A DNA stretch of 53,552 nucleotides from Spirochaetota bacterium (GCA_017998375.1 JAGODF010000001.1:1-53552); one strand, 5' to 3'. Positions 8,707-17,365 are shown, counted from the first letter of the stretch. Made by a program: numbers and translations. Notes: generated from the sequence alone by a model not told the origin.

Positions 8707-9108
8707 ATGAGTGATAAGTTAAAAACACAAAAAATTATCTGCTTCATTAACGACTATATGAAGTGGGACGACACAATCCATGAACACGCCTGCATTTTCA
8801 ATAATATTTATTCAGTATATCCCAACCTGATGCTTGCATCAAAAACAACATGGAAGAAAATCGATAAGTACGCGAATCTTTTCAATCCTGATAATATAAA
8901 AGCTTCTGAATCAAGCATTGAAAATATCAACCTTGAGGAAGAAATAAAAACAATATCCTGTTTTACAACATCTGATTATTCGATTGAATTTTGCTTTGAT
9001 GAAAAGGTTAAAGAAGATTATTTTATTCTGGTTTTCGATGAAGAACCTATATTTGATGGCGAGCCTGTTGACGATGATACGACAGAAGTATATCGAAGGA
9101 TAGCTTGA
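8707..9108 (+). CDS. Hypothetical protein with strongly acidic C-terminal half
   Basis: ATG start, 48 nt after the upstream gene and 48 nt before the RM gene. C-terminus is DEKVKEDYFILVFDEEPIFDGEPVDDDTTE. Confidence 0.45.
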   Translation: MSDKLKTQKIICFINDYMKWDDTIHEHACIFNNIYSVYPNLMLASKTTWKKIDKYANLFNPDNIKASESSIENINLEEEIKTISCFTTSDYSIEFCFDEKVKEDYFILVFDEEPIFDGEPVDDDTTEVYRRIA

Positions 9109-9156
9109 AATACTTATTATGAGAATCAATAGCTGAGGAAAAGAGTATAAAAAGAA

Positions 9157-11895
9157 ATGAAAAAAGAACTAGTTCAACTAAGAAATTATATTACAAGCCC
9201 AGAATCAGAAAACGCTTCTAACCATCATGTTTATCCATTTTTTCAGCGAGTATTTAGAGAAGATAAATTTAAAAAAGAATCTGAGGCTGCTGGGGCAGAT
9301 ATCTATATTGAGGGCCGTCTTGTTGTTGAGCTGAAAACCTCCGAGAATGATTGGTTAAGCGGATTTTTCCAAGCTTTACATTACAGCAGAAAGGGGTTGA
9401 GCTTTTCCGCAATCTCTGTAATAACAAAGAATTTCATTGGTCTATGGCATGTAGACAACTTACCTGCCGAAGTAAATACAATACTCACCAATTCAGATTC
9501 TAATAAATCTGCCAATGAAATGGGTAGAATAAATGCGAATAAGTGCAGTAAGGCCCTCGAAAAGCAAATATTGACCAGAGCCAATTTTTTATATGAAAGC
9601 GAAGTCAATCTCTTTAATCCCGACCTGGATGTCCAGCTCCTTGAGTTCGAGGACCGTTTAAAAAACCTGGATGTTATCCGCAATCAAATAAATCCCGGTA
9701 ATTTCTTGCGGAAAATCGGCCTTTTAAAGCAATTTTTCACCAATCCCCTGGACGCTATCCATTGTTTTTATACAATCCTCCCCTTTTGGGATGTTACATC
9801 AAAGGTGCCAGATGCTCTTCCATCGAAACCGACCCATCTTCTTCTAACCACAAAGAGCGGGTCAGCAATTAGCGAATCATTCATTATGGAGCCTAAACAC
9901 CATAAGGATTTTAGAAGTTTTGTAGAGAGCCACTATGTTTTTACCAACGATGAAGGCGGGATTTCTATTGATTATTATTTCAGCCGCTTCGACGAAGCTC
10001 TTGCGGAGCACGACCCAGATTATGTAAAGCAGCACGGGATATTCTTTACGGATATCAACTTGAGCAGATTTGCGCTATGGTTTATCAGGGAGAAATTTGG
10101 CGAGAAGAAATTAAGTGATAAATATATAGTAATCGATCCTGCTGGGGGGTCCGGCAATCTTGTAAGTAGCTGGAGAAGGAATCATCTAAAATTCAAAATC
10201 GTATCCGAGCTAAATCCTGATCTCCTTAGAACTATTGAATTGCGACTGAAACATGATCCCGTGCAAATAGAGCAAGGGTATAGCATTATCCCCAGAACAC
10301 ATGAAAATAAGGGTCTAAATTTTATTGATAAACCGGCCGGGGACTACTACTCCATTTTGGAACGGTATTTAAAAGAAGAAGGAAAATCGATAGATAAGCC
10401 TTTCGCTTTCCTACTGAATCCTCCCTATAAAAACACGGATGAAAATGAAACTGTCCGGGATCAAACCGAGGCAAATTACGGTATTGATCCGTCCATCGTT
10501 CAATTAACCGGAAATGATGCCGGAAACGAAAGATACCTGGCGTTCCTTGCTCAAATTCTTGAAATCAGCAAACTGCAAAAAGAGAAACTGCCCGATATTG
10601 AACCGGCTTTAATGATATTTACGCCAACATCCTGGTTGATTCCCCGACCATCATATAAATCATTCCGAGAAAAATTTGATGCTTATTTCAAATTTGAAAA
10701 AGGTTTTATGATCACAGGCCAGGAGTTTTTCAAGGGAACCGGACGATGGCCAGTAGCTTTCACAATATGGAGATACAACCAGCGTAAAAACAACAATAAG
10801 GTGATATTGCTTGATTTGACCGATTTGCCGGGATCAGCTTTTTTAACGGTAAACTGGAACGAAAGCCTTGAAAAAATTAACACCGAGGTTAAAAGGATAA
10901 TCCGTGGTAAAAATGAAGTATTATTTGATGAATCAAGGGAACAAATTAAAGAAACACTACCATTGCTGATAAACACAAAGAACAATGAGGCAGAAAAACA
11001 GCAGATGTATGATTTTAAGCGAAGCCCGACCGATACTGAATTAAAATCAAGATCAATCTTTGGGGGATTACCTCTTAAAGACGTAAGGAGGGCCAACAAA
11101 AAAACCTATGGATCACATAACGGGAATTTCATTGGTTTCATGGATAATGGCACTCCTGTACGGGTAAACCAGGATAAATACAATCGAATGTCCCTGAAGC
11201 CAGATAGAATTTGGTTTCGATTGGATAACGAAATAAAAAGTGTCAACAAATCAAAGTTGTTCAATGGTCCCACGGATAACAGATCGTATTGTGCCTATGA
11301 TTTAGAATCAGCAAAGTCTCTTATTTCATGGTTTTCCATCACAAAAGCAATAAACGGGGTATATCCGGTTTGGGCAAACCAATTCGATATTTGGGCACCC
11401 AGCATACCCACAAAGTACGAGCGCGATTACTATGCTCTTTGCTTTGCATTTGTATTAGCTGAAAATCGCTGCATAGTTACAAAATTTGAAAAGGATAATC
11501 CCGTCGAAGGTGCTCCTGAAATCTTTGTGGATAATCCGTTATGCCCGATCAATTCAGATTCATTTTGGTCAAAAACACTCGATCCAGAGGTTGCCGAACC
11601 ATTGGCAACCAAGCTCGTTGATTCCATCAAATCACTTTACACCTATTGGAATGTCAATTATTGCAGGGGGCAACAAGTGGATTATGCTGGCCTCCAGGAT
11701 GAACCATATTTTAAATATTTTGACTATCCCGATTTTGTGACTCCATATTCGGGATTGATCCAAATTAAAAAGTATGCGGAATTACAAGGAAAAACTGATA
11801 TATCCCAGGTATTTGATACCATCAGGGAGTTGACGAAACAGGTAAAAGAAAGCATCTACAATATGCTTGTGCAAGATTTTAAGTATTTTGAATAA
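9157..11895 (+). CDS. Single-chain Type IIG/IIL-like restriction endonuclease / N6-adenine DNA methyltransferase (MmeI-like architecture)
   Basis: N-terminal D-X9-E-X-K (ADIYIEGRLVVELK) followed by QALHY, as recalled for MmeI (DLFWPGILLIEMK...QALDY). SAM motif I is VIDPAGGSGNLV and motif IV is LLNPPYK. The C-terminal region of about 400 aa could be a target-recognition domain. 912 aa. Confidence 0.6.
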   Translation: MKKELVQLRNYITSPESENASNHHVYPFFQRVFREDKFKKESEAAGADIYIEGRLVVELKTSENDWLSGFFQALHYSRKGLSFSAISVITKNFIGLWHVDNLPAEVNTILTNSDSNKSANEMGRINANKCSKALEKQILTRANFLYESEVNLFNPDLDVQLLEFEDRLKNLDVIRNQINPGNFLRKIGLLKQFFTNPLDAIHCFYTILPFWDVTSKVPDALPSKPTHLLLTTKSGSAISESFIMEPKHHKDFRSFVESHYVFTNDEGGISIDYYFSRFDEALAEHDPDYVKQHGIFFTDINLSRFALWFIREKFGEKKLSDKYIVIDPAGGSGNLVSSWRRNHLKFKIVSELNPDLLRTIELRLKHDPVQIEQGYSIIPRTHENKGLNFIDKPAGDYYSILERYLKEEGKSIDKPFAFLLNPPYKNTDENETVRDQTEANYGIDPSIVQLTGNDAGNERYLAFLAQILEISKLQKEKLPDIEPALMIFTPTSWLIPRPSYKSFREKFDAYFKFEKGFMITGQEFFKGTGRWPVAFTIWRYNQRKNNNKVILLDLTDLPGSAFLTVNWNESLEKINTEVKRIIRGKNEVLFDESREQIKETLPLLINTKNNEAEKQQMYDFKRSPTDTELKSRSIFGGLPLKDVRRANKKTYGSHNGNFIGFMDNGTPVRVNQDKYNRMSLKPDRIWFRLDNEIKSVNKSKLFNGPTDNRSYCAYDLESAKSLISWFSITKAINGVYPVWANQFDIWAPSIPTKYERDYYALCFAFVLAENRCIVTKFEKDNPVEGAPEIFVDNPLCPINSDSFWSKTLDPEVAEPLATKLVDSIKSLYTYWNVNYCRGQQVDYAGLQDEPYFKYFDYPDFVTPYSGLIQIKKYAELQGKTDISQVFDTIRELTKQVKESIYNMLVQDFKYFE

Positions 11896-11959
11896 CTGAA
11901 TGATGTATAATGAGTTTCTGTTTATATTATTTTATTCTCCAACGTCCTGACATTTCTAA

Positions 11960-12790
11960 ATGTTTAGAATTACTATTATACCAATGCCTGTTGAGGAGGA
12001 TTGGATTTTTCTTGCTGGCAGCATTGGAATAATTATAATATTCGAGGTAATAAATTTGTTAAATGCTATGTATAACATTCTCTTCAAGGAATTGTACTAC
12101 TCTTATTGCAATATTATCAAAGATTCCCGATACAGCAAAAAGAAATATTGCCTCATGTATCCTTGTGTCGGAGAATATTATAGGAAATCCAAATTTTTAT
12201 TTGTGGGGCGTGCTGTAAATGGTTGGAATACTCAATTTGTGTGTAATAGAAAAAACTATTCTATTGTAATAAAAAGTATAAAAGCCTCAATGAAAGAAAA
12301 AACAAGATGGATCGAGGACAATGAAAAAGGATTAAATGAGTATTACAATGGTAATAGAAGTAGATTCTTGAAATGTTGTTCTCGGGTATTACATGAAGTC
12401 ACTCAAAAAAATATTATGATGGATTCTCATTGGTCAAAACACATTGCATGGTCAAATCTCATGAAAATCGCCCCTTCAAAAGGCGGCAATCCGACTGACC
12501 GAGAGTGTTATGCTCAACTGGACATTTGCCGCGATCTTTTCAAACTCGAACTTGACCTTCTAAAACCTCGATTTGCATTTATTTTCACTGGTTTGAACTG
12601 GTTCGATAACGGTGACTTTACATTCGTATCGCCATTGGGGATTAAGTTGAAATTCGTCAAAGATAAAGTCGTAAAAGCGATCGGAACTTATAAAAGAACA
12701 CAGCTGATTATTACGGAAAGACCCGATAATCGGAGGGAGGGGTTTACGAATGACATGTTTGTGAAGAGTTTTAAAAAATACATAGTTTAA
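11960..12790 (+). CDS. Divergent uracil-DNA-glycosylase-superfamily (family 4/5-like) protein
   Basis: SNLMKIAPSKGGNPTDRECYAQLDICRDLFKLELDLLKPRFAFIFTGL parallels the UDG-family pattern N.VKCRPP.NR.P...E...C...L..E+.L+.P+++..LG. Motif A is replaced by FVGRAVNGW and motif B by ITERPDNR. The start is uncertain (ATGs at 11960, 11984 and 12068). Confidence 0.45.
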   Translation: MFRITIIPMPVEEDWIFLAGSIGIIIIFEVINLLNAMYNILFKELYYSYCNIIKDSRYSKKKYCLMYPCVGEYYRKSKFLFVGRAVNGWNTQFVCNRKNYSIVIKSIKASMKEKTRWIEDNEKGLNEYYNGNRSRFLKCCSRVLHEVTQKNIMMDSHWSKHIAWSNLMKIAPSKGGNPTDRECYAQLDICRDLFKLELDLLKPRFAFIFTGLNWFDNGDFTFVSPLGIKLKFVKDKVVKAIGTYKRTQLIITERPDNRREGFTNDMFVKSFKKYIV

Positions 12791-12902
12791 TATATAAAAA
12801 CATCGAAAGAAACCTTATGGGTAAGATATTAGCATAGCGTTACAAATATTATTCCGATATGAATAGTAGCTTAATGGAGCGTATTTGTGCTTTGTTTTAA
12901 TG

Positions 12903-12953
12903 TTGACGTGGAATAAAGACGTGGTATTTATCAAATTCTTGAAATCTTTCAAG
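12903..12953 (+). promoter_or_regulatory. Candidate promoter/operator of the PanA-toxin operon
   Basis: TTGACG (12903-12908)-N16-TATTTA (12925-12930). Direct GACGTGG repeats at 12905 and 12918. Perfect palindrome CTTGAAATCTTTCAAG at 12938-12953. Confidence 0.3.
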
Positions 12954-13012
12954 TATTTGATTACTTTCCTATTGGGTACAAAAAGATTTTAATACGGTTG
13001 ATATAATAAAAC

Positions 13013-13561
13013 ATGAACACCATTAACCTTCATACCCTTTTGCTAAATATATTAAAATCTGTTAAAGAATACAGAGATGGTATTCTCATCACACGACTTA
13101 TAAAAATGGCATACCTTGTTGAGGTACTCTACTATCGTAAATTTCATCAAAGATTGACAGACGCCCAATGGGTCTATTATAAGTACGGTCCATATATAAT
13201 GGATATTGATACCCACCTTAGTGATAGAAATATCATAGCAGAAGAAATCGAAGATAAAGAACTCACAAAGTTCATGGTAAAGGATTATGCTGAAATTGAT
13301 GAGGTGCCAGCCGAAGTTCAGACAATCATCTCATCAATTATAAGGAAATACCATGATGTTGAGCTGAGTGACTTATTGGATTATGTATATTATGAAACAG
13401 AACCAATGATGAATGCAGATCAAAGAGGAGAGGTTCTTGATTTCTTAAAAATATTACCAAGCGAATATTATAAAGTAAAAAAACTTGAGTGTTCTGATGA
13501 TGTCATCAAAGATATTAAACTAAAGTATAAAGAAAAAATAAAAAATGCCAAGCACTTATAA
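13013..13561 (+). CDS. Panacea-domain (SocA-like, DUF4065) putative antitoxin
   Basis: ITRLIKMAYLVEVLYYRKFHQRLTDAQWVYYKYGPYIMDI fits the Panacea signature (KL.KL.Y......G.P.....+.A...GP). It overlaps the downstream gene by 17 nt. Confidence 0.6.
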   Translation: MNTINLHTLLLNILKSVKEYRDGILITRLIKMAYLVEVLYYRKFHQRLTDAQWVYYKYGPYIMDIDTHLSDRNIIAEEIEDKELTKFMVKDYAEIDEVPAEVQTIISSIIRKYHDVELSDLLDYVYYETEPMMNADQRGEVLDFLKILPSEYYKVKKLECSDDVIKDIKLKYKEKIKNAKHL

Positions 13562-14333
13562 GGGTATCCCCGATTTATACGATACGGTTTGTGGGGAATT
13601 CGATTCGAGCTTCTACGATTGGATATTACCACCGGAATCAAGTACATTGCAGGTGGGTCAGTTGTGTAATGCCCCGGTATGGTATGAGAGAAAAAAACGC
13701 TGGTATCTTACAGAAGAACATTATTATCCCACAAGGGAGGAGGAATCCACCTGGAGAGCAAATATATATTCGGGAAAAAGTAAAGTAGAAAGAGAACCTC
13801 AGCATATTGTTGCAAAATATTTTGAACTGGAAAAAGGTGAAAATCTTTTTGCTTCTCCCGGAAAGTACCGACCTGTAATCCTTATAAGAAAATATCAAAA
13901 TGATTGGCTTAACCCAGCTAATACATCTGAGCATATAGCTACTTGGTTATGCCTTCCATTGTTTTCATATAAAGACAGACACAACCAACCATTTGTACTG
14001 AATGACATGGCTTTTAAAAGCCCTGAAAGAGTATATATCCCTCCAAGTTATAAAGATAAACCCGGTGGTATCATTGAAAGTTCAGCGCAATTTCTTTCAA
14101 TCCAAATGATTAAGGAAGAATACTTAGAGCCTTTGACGTCAATGAGTGGAATTCGACCGCCTAAAATGCAAAGACCATTTAGAGTGAGCAATTTCGCTCT
14201 TAAAATCATCATGTTCCATTTCCTCAAACATTTCAATCTGTTTGATGTTTTATTGGACAGTTGTGATACTGATGGGAAAACTGCTTATACTTTATTTGTG
14301 GAAGAAGTAAATGAGATTCTTTCAAAGTGCTGA
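13545..14333 (+). CDS. Putative toxin partner of PanA; long, insertion-bearing PemK/MazF-like protein
   Basis: Ordered MazF-like elements: VGQLCNAPVW, then GKYRPVILIRKY, then WLCLPLFSYK, then ESSAQFLSIQMIKEEYLEP. There is an insert of about 55 aa and a helical C-terminal extension. Translationally coupled to PanA. Confidence 0.35.
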   Translation: MPSTYKGIPDLYDTVCGEFDSSFYDWILPPESSTLQVGQLCNAPVWYERKKRWYLTEEHYYPTREEESTWRANIYSGKSKVEREPQHIVAKYFELEKGENLFASPGKYRPVILIRKYQNDWLNPANTSEHIATWLCLPLFSYKDRHNQPFVLNDMAFKSPERVYIPPSYKDKPGGIIESSAQFLSIQMIKEEYLEPLTSMSGIRPPKMQRPFRVSNFALKIIMFHFLKHFNLFDVLLDSCDTDGKTAYTLFVEEVNEILSKC

Positions 14334-14351
14334 AAACTCTGGAGTTGATTA

Positions 14352-14546
14352 ATGACAAAAATTGTATGTGAAGGGTGTGGAGCTGTTTATGAGATTGAAG
14401 AACATCACATTATAATGCGCGATAAAGATTCGATTGAATGTCACCATTGTAACACTACTTTAATTTCATGGAATGGTGGTCATTGGTATACGGATAAAGA
14501 AATTTCTGGACCAACTAAAAACTTCATAAAAAAGGAAAACCTTTAA
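14352..14546 (+). CDS. Small zinc-ribbon protein
   Basis: CEGC...CHHC pairs; GGAG RBS; starts 18 nt after the putative toxin gene. Confidence 0.5.
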   Translation: MTKIVCEGCGAVYEIEEHHIIMRDKDSIECHHCNTTLISWNGGHWYTDKEISGPTKNFIKKENL

Positions 14547-14914
14547 ACTTATTATTGATTTTCTTCTATTTGATTCCTTAAATCTATTAATACGCTGTCG
14601 TCACCAACGGCGATGAATGGCCTAACCGGCACTGTACGACCAAAACTATCAATCATTATGTTTGCAATCAAAAAGATTAGGGCGAATAATTTAATATTTT
14701 TGCTCAGGTCGATAATTATTCCATGAAACTCCTCGAATGCCACCAATGCCAGCACAGAGTAACCCTCACCGACCAGGGGGGGTATTTGTGATTATTATGA
14801 TGATAAGCGTCACCGACTGGCATTTGAAACGGTTGACAAGACTAGGGAAGTGATTCCATGCCCGAGGGAGGAGATGATTGTCAGGCAATAATATTATTAT
14901 ATGGTTAGATTCTC

Positions 14915-15157
14915 TTACTTTTCGATATCAAGAAGATTGCGAGGATGAAGATTCAAGGAATTTGCAATTTTAACTAATGTTTTCATCGTGAAATTGACTT
15001 CACCATATTCTATTCGTTGAAAATATTTGTAATCTACACCATTGACTTCAGCCAACTTTTCCTGGGTTAAACCTGCCTTTTCCCTTTCAGCTTTAATTAT
15101 TCGTCCTACCTGGAGCAGAAAATCAGAAGCATTATATTGATTCCCTCTTTGTTTCAT
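14915..15157 (-). CDS. XRE-family helix-turn-helix regulator
   Basis: AGLTQEKLAEVNGVDYKYFQRIEYGEVNFTMKTLVKIANSL. The canonical ATG is at 15157; the track ORF starts at a TTG at 15163. Confidence 0.8.
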   Translation of the reverse strand: MKQRGNQYNASDFLLQVGRIIKAEREKAGLTQEKLAEVNGVDYKYFQRIEYGEVNFTMKTLVKIANSLNLHPRNLLDIEK

Positions 15158-15189
15158 TAGCAAATACTATCAAAATGTAATTGCATTAA

Positions 15190-15211
15190 ACACCGTACTA
15201 TAATACGGTGT
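15190..15211. promoter_or_regulatory. 22-bp palindromic operator candidate centred on a TATAAT box
   Basis: ACACCGTA-CTATAA-TACGGTGT lies in the divergent region between the XRE gene and the 15253 gene. Confidence 0.45.
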
Positions 15212-15252
15212 AGCGAATTATTGATATTCTTGAAATTAGATTAGGTGTTGGT

Positions 15253-16707
15253 ATGAAAACTGATATCGAAGAATGTCTAAAAATATTGCCAAGACTATTA
15301 GACTTCGCCAATTTGCCAGATGCGTATATCTCTATGATACTTAATGAGATTAGTCAGGCTTATAACGATAATTTAACAGATATAAAATTAACAAGCAATC
15401 TATACTGGCTATTCCATACTCCCAAAGAAGGTGATAGAGTTGTCAAAGGTAAGAAGGGAGGTGGTATTTATGGAACAGTATTTAAAGATGATGATGGACA
15501 ACTAAGTATAAATCTTGATGAGCCGTTAAAAACATCGAAGGAAAAAATATTTAAATTAAGGGGAGGGTACAATAAGATTGTTGAGGATGCTCTACTATTA
15601 AACTGGAATTATATTTCTTCAAATTCCTTACAGTATATTTATAATAACATGAAGCTGGCTGAATATGAAGAATTATCAAGAAGTAAACCGGTATATTTCG
15701 TTTATCATGGTAACTCGCCATGTAAATGGTGCAAAAAACACAAAGGCACTATTGTACGTTTGCTCCCTCGTGAGATTATTGAAAATGATATTGATGAACT
15801 TTCACATTATGGAATAGATGATATTCATGCAAAAACGGTAATCTGGTTTAATAAAAATAATATTAACCATTCTAAATTAAGAGTATGTGCCTTCCCACAT
15901 ACCGAGGAAGAGCATACATGCGGTATTGATCTCTTACCAATCAATCTTGAAGCTATTGAAGAAGTTCATGAAAAAAAGAAAGGGAACTTCGATTTTTCAA
16001 CAAAGATACGAAACCTTCTTAAAAAGAAAAGATTTAAGTTTGGATCAGGTGAACCGATGACACCTGAACAGTGGGAAATATTCGATAAAAGCATAGATGC
16101 ACGATGGAAGAAAGAGGTTGAAAGGATCACCGGTGTTACTGCAACGAAGGGAGACAGACCTCAATTTGAAACAAGGAAAAAGCCTTATCGAAATAATAAT
16201 ACAAAAGAATGGTATAACCCAGAAACAGGGCAGGTAGAAAAAACACAAATAAAACGAAAGTTCATTCCTCAAGAAATTGATTATTCATATCAGAGTAAGG
16301 AAGAAAAAGAATATCGAAAACCGACATTTATTGAAAGCGACAAGGTGAGATACAATAATAATATTTACGAGCGTGTTGCACCAGGAGATTACGAAAAGAG
16401 AAAAGCGGTATGGGATCGGGATCGAACATTACCGATTCCAGTTTCAACAGACAGCACCAGGTATGAAAAAATATTTGGTGCGACGAAAAATAAAAAAAAG
16501 GAGAAAGACAATCGGAAGCCAACGTTTATAGGAGAAAATCTTGTTAGATTCAATAATAATATTTATGAAGCTGTTCCCGCAAGTGAATATAATCGGAAGT
16601 TGGAAGAATGGAGAAAAGACCCAACAAAACCAGCTCCAGTAAATGAATCCGGGCCTGGGTATAAAAGAATTTTCGAAGAGGCAGGTAAAAATAGGAACAA
16701 GGAGTAA
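15253..16707 (+). CDS. Hypothetical protein, possibly phage MuF/SPP1-gp7-like head-morphogenesis domain plus C-terminal tandem repeats
   Basis: SPCKWCKKHKGTIV and FPHTEEEHTCG loosely resemble the MuF pattern D.R.C..C..L.G ... PP.HPNCRC. Two copies of a unit of about 66 aa: RKPTFIESDKVRYNNNIYERV... and RKPTFIGENLVRFNNNIYEAV... Confidence 0.3.
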   Translation: MKTDIEECLKILPRLLDFANLPDAYISMILNEISQAYNDNLTDIKLTSNLYWLFHTPKEGDRVVKGKKGGGIYGTVFKDDDGQLSINLDEPLKTSKEKIFKLRGGYNKIVEDALLLNWNYISSNSLQYIYNNMKLAEYEELSRSKPVYFVYHGNSPCKWCKKHKGTIVRLLPREIIENDIDELSHYGIDDIHAKTVIWFNKNNINHSKLRVCAFPHTEEEHTCGIDLLPINLEAIEEVHEKKKGNFDFSTKIRNLLKKKRFKFGSGEPMTPEQWEIFDKSIDARWKKEVERITGVTATKGDRPQFETRKKPYRNNNTKEWYNPETGQVEKTQIKRKFIPQEIDYSYQSKEEKEYRKPTFIESDKVRYNNNIYERVAPGDYEKRKAVWDRDRTLPIPVSTDSTRYEKIFGATKNKKKEKDNRKPTFIGENLVRFNNNIYEAVPASEYNRKLEEWRKDPTKPAPVNESGPGYKRIFEEAGKNRNKE

Positions 16708-16743
16708 TACATGGTAATTAAAAATTCAGTCATGGAGTAGATT

Positions 16744-17286
16744 ATGAAAAAATATTTAATTGTAATTTCGCTAATATTTTCAATTTCTTTATCCGTAAAT
16801 GTGCATTCAGCGGGAGTGCCAGATATAGGGTACAGAGAATTCAAATTAGGAATGCAAAGAATTGTCGCCGAAAAAATTGTTAGGGACAAATACCTCAATG
16901 AATACGCAGTAAATTTCAATGCTGTTGCTAAAAAAGATAAAAACATAATTGAAATTAAAGATAAGAACATTCAAAATAAATATATATTTTTGTATTTCAA
17001 CGAAAAAAATAATTTATATGACATAATTGTTTGGGCCGCTTACATGGATAATATAAAATATACTGTTTTAGTAAATCAGTTAGTTGATAAATATAAAACA
17101 CCATATTCAAAAAGATTAGACACAGGTGGGTATTATCATCTTGGATGGGTGTGGGATAATAAAAAGTATATAATCCAATGCTTCTATGAAGCAGACATCG
17201 AAACAGTTTTCATAACCTATTCGAATAATTATTTGAAAGAAAAATATCACAAGTATCTTTATGGAGATGGATTAGAGGATTTTTAA
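16744..17286 (+). CDS. Secreted hypothetical protein
   Basis: Signal peptide MKKYLIVISLIFSISLSVNVHSA; no recognisable domain. Confidence 0.5.
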   Translation: MKKYLIVISLIFSISLSVNVHSAGVPDIGYREFKLGMQRIVAEKIVRDKYLNEYAVNFNAVAKKDKNIIEIKDKNIQNKYIFLYFNEKNNLYDIIVWAAYMDNIKYTVLVNQLVDKYKTPYSKRLDTGGYYHLGWVWDNKKYIIQCFYEADIETVFITYSNNYLKEKYHKYLYGDGLEDF

Positions 17287-17365
17287 TTTTCAATATCAAT
17301 TCATCGTCTGTTTATTAGTGTAGAAATGGTTAATGCCAGTTTATTGAAATAATGTAGAATAACTA

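Noticed and set aside
12997-13009. Identical 13-mer GTTGATATAATAA at 7453-7465 and 12997-13009, considered as a shared promoter or operator
   Set aside because: This is AT-rich sequence in a roughly 32% GC element, so a chance match is not negligible. The copy at 13002-13007 (TATAAT) sits only 5 nt before the PanA ATG. I have no independent support.
14552-14914. 67-aa minus-strand ORF plus a locally GC-richer non-coding patch (14756-14914), considered as a small toxin, retron ncRNA or ToxI-like RNA
   Set aside because: There is no reverse transcriptase in the element, no tandem RNA repeats and no convincing stable hairpins. The ORF has no RBS. I cannot support any call from sequence alone.
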